A DNA stretch of 63,871 nt, filler included, from Octopus bimaculoides (Eukaryota): the NCBI RefSeq assembly GCF_001194135.2. It is 7 parts of 7 records of this genome, joined end to end, with 100 filler letters (N's around TTAATTAATTAA, not from the genome) between each part and the next. Parts side by side here need not be neighbours in the genome. Positions count along the whole stretch, not along the records: positions 1 to 24,817 come from NC_068994.1; 6 more parts are not named here. One strand, written 5' to 3'. Shown here one piece after another: positions 1 through 11,510 of the stretch; position 1 is the first letter of the stretch, and each line of letters begins with the position of its first letter. Position numbers and translations under genes: made by a program. A model generated the notes under the pieces. It searched no databases. It saw nothing but the letters and a program-made list of their open reading frames with translations, and was not told the origin of the DNA.

Positions 1-59
1 GAAAAAATGCAAATCACAGGATCAAGTGGGATCACTGAGGAAAGAAGATAATAGCAGCA

Positions 60-370
60 GAACATTACCACAGAATCATACAGTCTCACAATCGCACAGA
101 CAGACAGATACACAGATGCATAAACACACAGACATACATACACTGGGAAGCGAAGAAGATAACGCAGAGTTACAGAAACCTAAAAGCACAGAACCTGAAA
201 ACACAGACACACAAACACAACATGCAGACTTACAGTCACACAAACGTGCAGAACCACAGACAGATAAACACACAGATATACAGTCACAGTCACAAAGAAA
301 TATAGAACAGACGCATGGTAGTACAGAATCACAAAAACAAAAAGGAACAGACATACAGACGCAGGAGGTA
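60..370 (+). repeat. Degenerate ACACAG/ACAGA-type low-complexity repeat
   Basis: Recurrent cacaga/acagac units; produces the T/Q/H-rich start of ORF 26..793. Boundaries approximate. Confidence 0.7.
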
Positions 371-439
371 CATAGGAACGGCATATATTTGATGTCATAT
401 CGATACACACAAAAAATAGAGAAGAAGATATCCAAAATA

Positions 440-690
440 AAAGACATTGTCAAAGTGGACCTCTCGGACCGTTGCGATAATGAGGCGAGATGGATTCTCC
501 TGGATAGTGAACGGGTGTGGTCTCCGCTGGCCAGACAAATGTTCCCCGAGTTCAAAAGTTTTTGCAAACAGGAAGCCTGGTATTCTCNNNNNNNNNNCCC
601 GAGTTCAAAAGTTTTTGCAAACAGGAAGCCTGGTATTCTCGTAGACCGAGGTCGAGTGAATGGCATAAAGAGTGCCGTAAGGCCCTCTTG
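440..690 (+). mobile_element. Probable L1/Tx1-clade LINE ORF2 post-RT fragment
   Basis: Peptide DSERVWSPLARQMFPEFKSF...W..RRPRSSEWHKECRKAL resembles the region downstream of the RT in Tx1-like ORF2 and sits among other fragments of this clade. Confidence 0.45.
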
Positions 691-1371
691 CAAAAAAAGT
701 ATAACAAAATGTATGAAATATTTGGAGATGTGTCTGAAAGCTCATCCGAACTTTCACAAGAAGATTTCCCGAGTTTGTCAAAAAGTATTGTGACCAAAAG
801 GATTATCGATGTACCTAGCATCCAGACTGAGCAACCAAAAAAGGAAGAAAAAAGTTTTGTGTTGGCAGCTGGGGGTGAAACCCAGCTGCTTTTGATGAAC
901 AAGTGTGACTATATGAAATATAGTGGAAATAAACGATAACGTGGTTAAAATACAACCACCAGAGCAATTAATACAAGAAGAAAAACATTAATTGCTGGTA
1001 AGATGCCGAAAAGTGTAACTTCGTCTGGCGAAGAGTCGTCAACTGACAGAGATGAAAAAAAGATTGAAAGTTTAATATTTGGCGATATTTCGGATTCTTC
1101 TGAAAGTGAATTTCCCAAACCATCAATGTGTACTGTGGCAAAGAGGAATATTGATGTGAAAAGCCTTCAAACAGAAGAAAATAAACAAAAAAGAAGTTTT
1201 GCGCCGGCAGCTGGAGGTGGAACCCACCGGCTGTCGACAAACAAAAGTGACCTGTTAATGTATAAAGACATGTTAAAAATTGAAAACTGTGTTGTCAACG
1301 TTCAACCACCAGAAGAATTTTTATTGTCAGAAAAGAAGAAAACCATTATGTTCAAGACATACTGTAAAAAA
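690..1371 (+). mobile_element. N-terminal part of L1/Tx1-type ORF1 (acidic SESS module + SFAxAAGG module, internally duplicated), truncated by N gap
   Basis: Near-identical to 2940-3455 plus 3802-3990, which runs into a recognisable ORF1 core at 4000-4210. Confidence 0.6.
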
Positions 1372-1529
1372 NNNNNNNNNNNNNNNNNNNNNNNNNNNNN
1401 NNNNNNNNNNNNNNNNNNNNNNNNNNNNNNNNNNNNNNNNNNNNNNNNNNNNNNNNNNNNNNNNNNNNNNNNNNNNNNNNNNNNNNNNNNNNNNNNNNNN
1501 NNNNNNNNNNNNNNNNNNNNNTGCATAAA

Positions 1530-1690
1530 TGAATGACAAAATGTACGAGTTATTTGGAGATGTGTCTGAAAGCTCATCAGAACTTTCACTAGAAGAATTC
1601 TCAAGTTAGCCAAAAAACAAAAGTATTGTGTTCAAAAGAATAATTGATGCACCTAGCATCCAAACTGAACAACCAAAAGAAGATTTTTTG
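1530..1690 (+). mobile_element. Third partial copy of the same ORF1 N-terminal module
   Basis: aaaatgtacgagttatttggagatgtgtctgaaagctcatcagaactttca matches the copies near 708 and 2958. Confidence 0.6.
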
Positions 1691-1741
1691 TGTAATTATT
1701 GCTGTTACGTTTCATGCGAGTCGCTGCATTTTTTCCCAGCT

Positions 1742-2463
1742 ATGGCAAGTGGTAGTGTCTCCAGTATGGAGAGCTACGCCAGGGCCACTGCGGTGAGGAA
1801 GCCAGTGCCGCTGGAAACCAAGTTGATCAAGCTTGACATGGAGGAGGTGAGCAGAAGCAGCAATAATAGAAGTAGAGGGAGACTCATACAAATTGTTCCC
1901 CACAAAAGAGACAAAATTCTAAGGACAGTTGTGTATCGTAGACAGGCTGTTGAAACCTGTAAAATTGAAATGGTGACGGAAGAGGAAATCGAGGAGTGCC
2001 TGGGTGAAATTGTCAATGAAGCCACGTACATCAACAGTGGAAGAAAGTTTGGTACGGTAGAGGTGAGGTTCGCCACTATAGAAGAGGCAACCAAGCATGC
2101 GACCAACATTTTAAGAAGTGAAAAAATAGCATTGCTACCAAGTTATATAGAGGAAGAAGAAGTGTGAAAATACGTATTCCCAGAGTTACACCAGAAATTA
2201 AACCAGAATGGTTGGTTGCAACAGTGCTGCCTGCAACCAAGGAAGAGCTGGAATTGGGACCAGTGGTGAAATCAAAAGTGTGCAAGTGGTGGAGATTTGG
2301 ACTCGAAATGTGGCTTTTTGCCACATTCGAGGACATAGAAAGAATTCCCTACCAGATAGAAGTAGAGGATGAGAGAACGTTAAATGTTGTAGTCGAGGGA
2401 AGGAAACCAAATTGCTACATATGCAGGGAAAGAGGTCATATGAAGACCAAATGCCTCCTATAG
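1742..2463 (+). pseudogene. LINE (L1/Tx1-type) ORF1 protein with RRM-like core and CCHC zinc knuckle; one frameshift near 2147
   Basis: SYARA N-terminus, RKFGTVEVRF core; restoring the frame gives PSYIGRRSVKIRI and joins ORF 1628..2167 to 2164..2463, ending CYICRERGHMKTKC (CX2CX4HX4C). Confidence 0.75.
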
Positions 2464-2803
2464 GAGTTCACACAGCCACAGTAAGAGAAAGTACAAGCAG
2501 AGGAGGAAAATTTTTAGTTCCCCGATTGTATGTTTATTGCGTTTTGTACCATCTTTGTGTTTTGTGATATCTTAAAAATTCTTTGTATAGCCCTTTATGG
2601 GTAATAAAGAAAAGGTATAATGGCTCCGTGAGTTTTGTTTGTTACGTGTCGCACATGTGTTCGTGGTGAAAATTGCTGTTTCTTAGTGTTAATAGTTATA
2701 ATAACTGCTGTTTCTGTTAAATTTCTAACTGTTGGAGTTTTCATTTGAAAACACTAAGTGCTTGTAGAAAGCACACGTTGTTCATTCTCCCATTGGGGGA
2801 AGA

Positions 2804-4500
2804 ATGTCGTCTAGCGAGAGGCGTAACGTTGGAACAGAAATGTCTGGTGAAGCAAAGAATTTCTTGTTGTCTGGTGAGGAGCCAACTATGAGCAAAGAAA
2901 CAATGGATTCCCCCACAAAAGGAATTTTTTATTCCCGCGTTGCAAAAAAGTGTAACAAAATGTATGAAATATTTGGAGATGTGTCTGAAAGCTCGTCTGA
3001 ACTTTCACAAGAAGATTACTCGAGTTTGTGAAAAAGTATTGTGACCAAAAGAATAATCGATGTACCTAGCATCCAGACTGAGTAACCAAAAAAGGAAATA
3101 AAAAGTTTTGCGTTGGCAGCTGGAGGTGGAACCCGGCTACTTTCGACGAACAAGTCGGACTACATGAAATATAGGAAAATAATGGAAGTGAACGATAACG
3201 TGGTTAAAATACAACCACCGGAGTAATTAATACAAGAAGAAAAACATTAATTGCTGGTAAGATACCTAAAAGTGTAACTTCGTCTGGCAAAGAGTCGTCA
3301 ACCGACAGGGATGCAAAAAAGATTGAAAGTTTAATATTTGGCGATACTTCGGATTCTTCTGAAAATGAACTTCCCAAACCATCAATGTGTACTGTTGCAA
3401 AGAGGAATATTGATGTGAAAAGCCTTCAAACAGAAGAAAATAAACAAAAAAGAAGTGTAGTAACGCCGTGCGCATGCGTAGAATTAAACAACCAAGCGTT
3501 CCCGCTCAATTCATTCTCTTTTTTGCTGGCCAGCAACAGAGCATGGACGTGTTAAGCTGTCTCTCTCCATCTTTCGGACTTACACTCGACAGCTCGCTTA
3601 CAACTACATAACAACGTCCCAACAACTATGCTCACACACAACAGAAGCTGTAACAACTAGAGCTAAAGATGTATATATTTACCATCTGAATAAAATGTTG
3701 TTTAAGTTGATAGTCTGGAGTTCAGCGTTCCGTTATATATTCATAATTTTATATAGGAAAGTCAGGTATACATCTAATGATGTATAACCAACTTTCCTAT
3801 AGAAGTTTTGCGTCGGCGGCTGGAGGTGGAACACGCCAGCTGTCGACGAACAAGTGTGACTATATGAAATATAGAGAAATAATGGAAGTGAACGATAGCG
3901 TGGTTAAAATACAACCACCGGAGCAATTTATGCTAGACGAAAAACAGAGAACAATAATATTTAAAACCTATTGCTTACAAAAAAGAAAAATCGAAAGATT
4001 TACAGAAGAGAAGATTGAAAAGTGTTTGAAGAAAATATGGAGCGACAAGAGGCAGGAAGTTTGGTACGGTGGAAGTAAGGTTTACCAACAAGGAAATGGC
4101 ACAAAAGCATTCCATAGAAACACTGAAAACGGACGACGTGGCGCTCATCCCCACCTATATGGGGAAGAGAACGTCCAGAATTAAAATAACAAGGGTCCGA
4201 CCGGAAGCGAATTTCCACTACTATCCACCCGTACATTTGGGTTGAGAAAGTTGGACAACTTCCAAAAGTCCTTAACCTGGCAATGCTACAGAGGTGCCTT
4301 GCCCGTTTGGGATAAACTCGCATGACACGGTAAGCGTCAGTCGCCGACCTGTCCAAGATGCGGGGGAGACAGGGTAACCGTCCCTCACGCTATTGTTCAG
4401 TGTCCAGAGATATCTGAAATGTGGGCTTATGCTGAACACTTGTAGTCCGGCGAAGCAAGAGTACAGCTGTCGATTGAGTCAATTAGTGAAATGCATGATA
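2804..4500 (+). mobile_element. Internally deleted L1/Tx1-type element: ORF1 (2804-4210, split by a solo LTR) joined to ORF2 C-terminal zinc finger (4260-4500)
   Basis: 4060-4210 encodes RKFGTVEVRFTNKEMAQKHSIETLKTDDVALIPTYMGKRTSRIKITRV (homologous to 2040-2200); 4280-4440 encodes CYRGALPVWDKL..HG..SPTCPRC...TVPHAIVQCP. Confidence 0.7.
3456..3801 (+). mobile_element. Solo LTR (346 bp) with 4-bp TSD GAAG
   Basis: Interrupts aaaaagaag|ttttgcg (intact near 1190); begins TGTAG, ends CTATA (one change from CTACA); GAAG at 3452-3455 and 3802-3805; AATAAA at 3689. A 5-bp AGAAG TSD is an alternative reading. Confidence 0.7.
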
Positions 4501-5104
4501 TTACAAGAATTGTACGAACGTTGCTTACATTTGATTCAAAGGAAATGAAGGAAAAAGAATTTTGATCTCATGTAAGGGAGATAATTCTAATTTCTTCTGT
4601 CAATTTCCGATATGTAATCGAACCGTTAAAAGATTGTGCTTTCCAACAGGATGTTAAGAGTTAAGGCTACATTGCATACTGGATTATGTAGTATTAGGTA
4701 CATACTGCCTAATGACAAAAATAAGGCAGGACAGTCATGGCTGGAACACTTTTCAACATCATCCTGTTCTCCCTCAGAGTGTTCCTGGATTTAACAACAA
4801 CAAAACTCATCTATCTCCTGCTATCAGGAAAAGCAGGATTAAAAATATGATAATGGTGACATATGTCTATATGCAGACAAAATACTCTCCATGAATTCCC
4901 GAATTTCGTTTTCCAGTTTCTGTTTTTAGAGACTCACATCTCACGAGTTGCTGAAGGGGTCTCCTCTTATTTACTATCCCTCATCTCTCAGCTTAGGATC
5001 ATTTATCACTTTCTCTTCTGCTCTTCCTCAGTTCCAGAAGCCACTTTGGACCTTAGCATTGCAAGTTACGAGGTGATCCTCATTAAAGCTGAGACCATGG
5101 ACAA

Positions 5105-5285
5105 ATGAGCCCAGTGCACAGTGTCAAGTGGTTGGTGTTAGGAAGGACATCCAGCCACAGAAACCATGTCAAAGTAGACACTGGACACTGGTGTGTGCCA
5201 CAGTCCTCCAACTTGTTAGATACTGTCAAACTGTCCAACCCAGACCAGCATAGAAACTGGACGCTAAATAATGATGATCAGTTTA
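5105..5285 (+). mobile_element. SINE/LINE-tail family E (gtggttggtgttaggaaggacatccag...ccaaccc..ccagcat.gaaa..ggacg.taaat.atgatgat)
   Basis: Same 3' tail recurs near 6070-6125, 20345-20450 and 22890-22950. Confidence 0.6.
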
Positions 5286-5365
5286 TCAACAATACAGTTA
5301 AATCAGCTTTTAACAAATTCCTTGCCATCAAGCAAACACAAAGTAAATAATGATATAGTTTTTTA

Positions 5366-5680
5366 CGGAGCACTCCGTCGGCTACGACAACGAGGGTCCC
5401 AGCTGATATGATCAACGGAACAGCTTGCTCGTGAAATTAACGTGCAAGTGACTGAGCACTCCACGGACACGTATACCTTTAACGTAGTTCTCAAGGAGAC
5501 TCAGCGTGACAAGGCCGGCCCTTTGAAATACAGGTTCTACTCATTTTTGCCAGCTGAGTGCACTGGAGCAATGTGAAATAAAGTGTCTTGCTCAAGGACA
5601 CAATGTGTTGCCGGGAATCGAATTCACAACCTTACGATCGTGAGCCGAATGCCTAACCACTGAGCCACGTGCCTTCACGA
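5366..5680 (-). mobile_element. tRNA-derived SINE, family C
   Basis: Minus strand: gtggctcagtgg (A box), gaattcgattccc (B-box-like), CORE-like gtgtccttgagcaagacactt; homologs at 13985, 17395, 23871. Confidence 0.8.
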
Positions 5681-7335
5681 GTGCCAACAACAGTTTTTTA
5701 TGAAAGGCAATGTAACAACCAAATCTCCTTACCAAACCCCTCCACACCTTCAACAAACTAACCTGCCATCTTTAGTCAAAGGGCTACAAAAGCCATTAAA
5801 ACAGAGACTATGGCCATATTGTGTTGAAAGCACTGGTTCTCGTTTGGTCAACCTAGTAAGTACTTAAATTGGTGGCCACTTGCAAAACTTAGATGCTCCA
5901 TGTGCAATTCTTAGTTTAACTGTGTGTATATCAGTCCTTACTGTAGGTATTTTGGTTACCATGTGTATTTCAGTTTTGAAATAGATGTACCACATCCCTG
6001 TCATAAGAACCAACTGAAAGCATTAACATGAAGGATGGGTGTCCAACTATAAAATACCATCTCAGTAAATTCATCCAACCCATGCCTGAGTAGAAAAGTG
6101 GACGTAAAAAGATAATGTTGATAATGTATATGTAAACAAATTTCGCTTCAACAAACTTTTGACAATCTTTAAAACAGGGGCCATAAAAAAAAAACTGTTA
6201 AATTACAGAGTGAAAGCCTGCAACAGATTTATGAGAAAATTTAAAAGGGCTACTAAAGCTACATAGACAGCTGCTATATAAGCAGTTGAAATCTTCAATG
6301 AACTTCCCTTTTATCTTATAAAAATAAGGACCAAATAAAACTGTGAGGTAGTTTCTATATAGTTGTATGAATTTTAGACGTAGCCCTTTATTCTCTCTCA
6401 AGGTACTCCCCATCTTTTAAATACTAGTTGTTAAATCATAAATTTTTTTGAAAGTCAGCCCTCATACATAGGTTTTGTTATGAGCTCAAGGAGGCAGAAG
6501 GCTGGAGATTAACCCAGCTTTTATAGCACACCAGTGACTGAGATTACAAAACTAATCCGTGAATGGGATGTCAGTCTGTCACTGGGTTAAATTCCCAGCA
6601 ATTGCTGAAACTCATTTACAACAGAATGGACTGGAGCAAATTGAGAAAAATTAAGTGTTTTGTTTAAGAGCACAAATGCACTGCCTGGTCTGAGAATCAA
6701 AACCATGATCTTATGATGGGATGTCATACATGGATAAGCTGAATACCCCGAACACTGACCCGACAGATTTAATAAATGATATCAAGCTGGTTATATTACA
6801 TCGGTCTCTAATCCTCACCCAAAAATTAACACAAGCAGCTGCAGTGTGTGTGTGTGACATTCAAGGACAGCCAAAATATCATATAAGTATTCTCCCCTTC
6901 AGCAACAACAACTAAAAACAAAACAAATAGATATCAAACAAAACAAACATGAACAGCAGAGTTAACATGATAATGGTAGGTTTCAGGCAGTTTTAAAATG
7001 GCTTCATCTCAAGTATAGCTTCACTTTCTAAATATCTCTGACTACCATGGCATCTGACATTATCAAAGACGATGCAATATGGCACTTAAGATAAGCATAA
7101 ACATAAAAATAACAAACAAATCATAAAAAAAAGGAAACAAAAATTTACAAATAAGTTCTCAACAAAATTCCATCCTAAACTACCATATAGAGTTCTTACC
7201 CACTTTTAGCAAATATTTTCACACAAGGGTCTCACAGCTTTTTCTCTCATTTTAATCATTAACTGCATGGCCAATTTTAAAAGATTTTGGAGGGATTCAA
7301 AGTCAACTATAGTCTTTTCACAACCAACCCCAATA

Positions 7336-8636
7336 TTGGGTTGGCAACTAAGTTCCCGCAGTCTTTTTAAATTTTGGAATTTATTGCGTTTCAAAATTTT
7401 GGAATCTATTTTTTGTGAGAATTCTATTTTTGAATCATTTTGGAATTTTTTTTTTTCCAGCTAATTTTAGTTAATTTTCGTTTATTTTCAGATCATTAAA
7501 ATGGAATGTCAAGTTAAGAAAAATGAGAATTTTCGACACCTCCTTCTTTTTACTCTTAATCAAGGTTCTAAGGCCGCGAAAGATGCTTGCGACATTTGTG
7601 CTGTATGGAGATGGTGCCATGGCTGAAAGAACCTCTCGTGACTGGTATACCAAGTTCAAAAATGGAAATTTTGACCTCAAAGACGCACCTCATTCTGGCC
7701 GTCCAGTTGAGTTCGATGAAGAGCGATTAAACCAACTTTTGCAGGAAAATTCTTGTCAACCGACAAGGGAACTGGCAGAGAAAATGGAATGCTCCCACAC
7801 TGCTATAGAGAAGCATCTTCACTCGATGGGGAATGTTCAGAAGTATGGAGCATGGGTTCNNNNNNNNNNNNNNNNNNNNNNNNNNNNNNNNNNNNNNNNN
7901 NNNNNNNNNNNNNNNNNNNNNNNNNNNNNNNNNNNNNNNNNNNNNNNNNNNNNNNNNNNNNNNNNNNNNNNNNNNNNNNNNNNNNNNNNNNNNNNNNNNN
8001 NNNNNNNNNNNNNNNNNNNNNNNNNNNNNNNNNNNNNNNNNNNNNNNNNNNNNNNNNNNNNNNNNNNNNNNNNNNNNNNNNNNNNNNNNNNNNNNNNNCC
8101 GCGTAAAACAATGTTATGCGTATGGTGGGATTGGGAAGGGATTATCCATTACGAATTTCTTGAACGGAACCAAACGGTCAACGCGGAACTCTATGTTCAA
8201 CAAATGGAACGATTCAACACGGTTACTCAAGAGAAAAGACCTAATCGGCAGCATGGAGTTCTTCTGCTGCACGACAACGCCCGCCTTCATATCACCATTA
8301 TGACCAAGGAACCCAGCCAAACCCTTAGCTGGGAAGTACTGCCACACCTGCCGTACTCTCCTGAATTGGCACCAACGGATTTCCACCTCTTTCAAATGCT
8401 ATACGAGGGGTTTTGTTCAGTACTGATGCAGAATTGAGAGCTTGTCTGGATCAATTTTGCGAGATGAAATCTGGTGGTTTCTACCAACAAGGTATTGAAA
8501 ATCTTGTTGAACATTGGAAAGAAATTGTAAACAACAAGGGTGAATACATTATTGATTAATTAGTTGTTATTTTTTAATAAACCTTTTTAAAAATTTAAAT
8601 TTTTAAAAACGGCGGGAGATTTAGTTGCCAACCTAA
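7336..8636 (+). mobile_element. Full-length mariner DNA transposon (1301 bp including N gap)
   Basis: About 30-bp TIRs ttgggttggcaactaag.. / ..ttagttgccaacctaa, flanked by TA at 7334-7335 and 8637-8638. Confidence 0.9.
7501..8559 (+). pseudogene. Mariner (DD34D-type) transposase, disrupted
   Basis: MECQVKKNENFRHLLLF, HTH region with SGRP, WV.., MLCVWWD, HDNAR, YSPELAPTDFHLF, EYIID*; frameshift near 7605 and deletion near 8395; first catalytic Asp hidden in N gap. Confidence 0.88.
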
Positions 8637-9067
8637 TACATTACTGTAACGTGTACCTATTTTATTAACCTGCTTTCATCCAGAATCATGAAATGAAGTG
8701 AAATGTAATGTTATAAAAAAAAAAAAAAAAACGATGTCACCTCTACCTTCTTCACATTGATTGTACGGAGCTTGGAACCATTACATATAGAGCTAATCAC
8801 ATTTAAAATTTTAAAAATAAAATCCAACCTCAGATCTCCATTGTCTGTCCAAACAATTACTGAATTTTCCAGCACACAAGTCAACAGAGTCTATAGTGTG
8901 AACATGTAGCGTAAACATTCAAACATCACAAACTTTCCAAATCTTGCTGCATTTTATTTCACATGGAATTTTGGGTCCTACAAAGTTGTCTTCGTGTATT
9001 AGTTGACTTGCCTTTTTTTTGTTGTAAATTTTGGTCTGAAAAATTCAACTTGTATGCTGGAAAATTT

Positions 9068-9100
<33 letters not shown>

Positions 9101-9175
9101 CAAAGGAGCTTTTATTTTTAAAAACCCTTTGCTTAATTTTTCATTTTATGTTCCCATTTTTGTTTTTCTTGTTTC

Positions 9176-10030
9176 TTATCCCGTGTGTGTCTTTACATGA
9201 TTTTTTAAAAGACAAAAATATGAAAAGTGTTTGTCACATATTGCACATACATGAGGTTTATCTCCAGTATGTGACTTCATATGTCTCAGTAACTGGGAGT
9301 TTCCAATGAACCCTTTCTGACACACTCTACACTTGAAAGGTTTTTCACCTGTGTGGGTCCGTACGTGTATTTTCAAAAGACATTGCAATATGAAATATTT
9401 GCCACACACATCACACTGAAACTGTTTCTTCACATCATGTCTTCTCATATGTTTTCTCAGGATGGTATTTGAAGGATAGCTTTGACCACAAGTGTCACAG
9501 GAGAATGGTTTCTCTCCAGTATGTTTACGCATGTGCAATGATAATGTACAGCCTTGAGAAAAAGCCTTACCACATGTGTTACATTTAAATGGTTTCTCCC
9601 CAGTGTGTGTCCTAACATGTCTTCTTAAGTGTGAATTGGCAGAAAATCCCTTACTGCATATATCACAACTAAACGGTTTCTCTCCGGTGTGGATCCGCGT
9701 GTGAATTAACAAATGGGAACCTCTTGTAAAACATTTCCCACATTGTTTACAACTGAAAGGTCTTTCACCTGTGTGTGTTCTGATATGTGTAACGAGATGA
9801 GAGCTTGCAGCAAAGCCCTTCCCACATTGTTCGCAACAGAAAGGTTTCTCACCTGTGTGTATTCTTTCATGAACTATTAAACAATACTTCATTGGAAATG
9901 ATTTTCCACAGGTATCACAGTCATAAGACTCTCCGGAATGCATGCGCATGTGGTTTTTCAATTTAGTCTTCTTTGGAAATTCATCCTCACAAAGCTTACA
10001 CTGGAACATTTTGGCTTTTAGATTCCACAT
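9176..10030 (-). CDS. C2H2 zinc-finger protein, 284 aa, 10 tandem fingers, no N-terminal effector domain
   Basis: Uninterrupted ORF with 10 CX2CX12HX3H units and TGEKPF-type linkers; in-frame TGA immediately before the ATG. Confidence 0.93.
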   Translation of the reverse strand: MWNLKAKMFQCKLCEDEFPKKTKLKNHMRMHSGESYDCDTCGKSFPMKYCLIVHERIHTGEKPFCCEQCGKGFAASSHLVTHIRTHTGERPFSCKQCGKCFTRGSHLLIHTRIHTGEKPFSCDICSKGFSANSHLRRHVRTHTGEKPFKCNTCGKAFSQGCTLSLHMRKHTGEKPFSCDTCGQSYPSNTILRKHMRRHDVKKQFQCDVCGKYFILQCLLKIHVRTHTGEKPFKCRVCQKGFIGNSQLLRHMKSHTGDKPHVCAICDKHFSYFCLLKNHVKTHTG

Positions 10031-10264
10031 TCAGAATTTGGGTCTCTCAATAATAGAGTAAAACGATTTTAGTTCAAAACAATTGAGAAGCGTCTTCTGT
10101 AGGATTACTTCATTTAAGGCCAGCTTAATGGAGTAGCTAAACCTCCTTAAATGAATTCCTTACTAGGTTTTTAATATAGATGCTACATGAACAAACATAT
10201 TTTTCTTGCTTTTCGCTCCATGTTGTTGTTGCTTGACCTGCAGCTTATTCAACATGACAGCTGT

Positions 10265-10296
10265 CTGGAAAACAGAAAAAAAAAAAGAAAAAAAAA
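10265..10296 (-). other. Candidate splice acceptor of the 10-finger gene coding exon (exon starts 10264)
   Basis: Minus strand tttttttttcttttttttttctgttttccag|acagctg: long polypyrimidine tract plus CAG. Confidence 0.7.
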
Positions 10297-10504
10297 TGAA
10301 ATAAAAGAACGTCTGAGGACGATTATTTTTTTTTAAAAAGTTGTTATTTTCATAATATATTTTCTATTTAATACTTCAGAGTTGATAAAATAAAACACCA
10401 ATTAAATACCGGAGTTGAGGATATTGTCGAAGTCCCTCCACTGAAAACTGCAGGCCTTGTAGCAAAATTTGAAACAATTATTATAATTATTAATAACAGA
10501 ATTG

Positions 10505-11510
10505 CTGGATGAAATGCTTAGCAACATTTCAGCCATCTTTATGTTCTGAATTCAAATTCTGCAAAGGTTGACTTCGCCGTTCATCCTTTCAGGGTCTATA
10601 AAATAAATACCAGTTAAAAACTGTGGTTGATGCAATTAACTAGTCTCCTCCCTTGTAGTAGAAAGGATTATTATTTTTATTGTTAAAGCAGTGAACTGCC
10701 TGAATCGTTAACGTATCAGACAAAATGCTTGGCAGCTTTTCGTCTGGCTTTGCATTCTGAATTGAAATGCCGCAAAAGTTGACTTCGTCTTTCAACCTTT
10801 CAGAGTCAATGAAATAAGTTCCAGTTAAACACTGAGGCTGACTAACCCGCTTCCACTAAATTTCAGGCNNNNNNNNNNNNNNNNNNNNNNNNNNNNNNNN
10901 NNNNNNNNNNNNNNNNNNNNNNNNNNNNNNNNNNNNNNNNNNNNNNNNNNNNNNTATTGTAATTATTCAGACAGCAAATAAACAGAACTGTTAACGTGTT
11001 AGGCAAGCAGCAATTTTTTCCGACTTTATGAAGGCGACGAGCTGGCAGAAACATTAGCATGCCGGGCGAAATGCTTAGTGGTATTTCGTCTGTCTTAACG
11101 TTCTGAGTTTAAATTCTGCCGAGGTCGACAAATTAAGTACCAGTTGCGTACTGGAGTCGAGCAAATCGACTAGCGGCACTGTCATGGTATTAGCTGTCAG
11201 AAGTGAAAGTAGAACTGACAAGGAACGTTACTGCTGGTTTGAGTTGATTCTTTGGCTACTGACTAGCCGGAGCTATCTATCTGTCTGTCTATCTCTCTCT
11301 CTATATATATATCTATCTATCACTCGTTCACCTCTGTGTCGAGCTTTGTGTCTAGAGTAGAAAAGAATTCTTCCAACTCTACATTCTGAATTTAAATACC
11401 ACTGAAGTCAACTTTGTCTTTCATTCTTTCGAGGTCGATAAAATAAGTACTAGCTGCACACTGGAGTTGATGTAATTCTATGCCCTCCCCCTCAAAATTA
11501 CTGGCCATGT
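10505..11510 (+). mobile_element. Cluster of four family-B tRNA-like SINE copies (about 10505, 10687, 11033, 11370)
   Basis: Repeated gcagaa..gttagca..cc.gg.gaaatgcttag...gttctgagtt.aaattc.gccgaggtcgac...tcatcctttc.gggtc.ataaa motif. Confidence 0.8.

Noticed and set aside
545-640. Perfect 43-bp direct repeat (545-587 and 598-640)
   Set aside because: It flanks a 10-N gap exactly; typical unmerged contig overlap.
26-793. 255-aa ORF as a host gene
   Set aside because: Composite of low-complexity repeat, probable LINE fragment and a gap duplication; no coherent domain.
5600-5680. tRNA genes at SINE heads (also 23871, 26762, 32687, 47334, 57269)
   Set aside because: A and B boxes are present but no complete cloverleaf, and each continues into a repeated SINE body.
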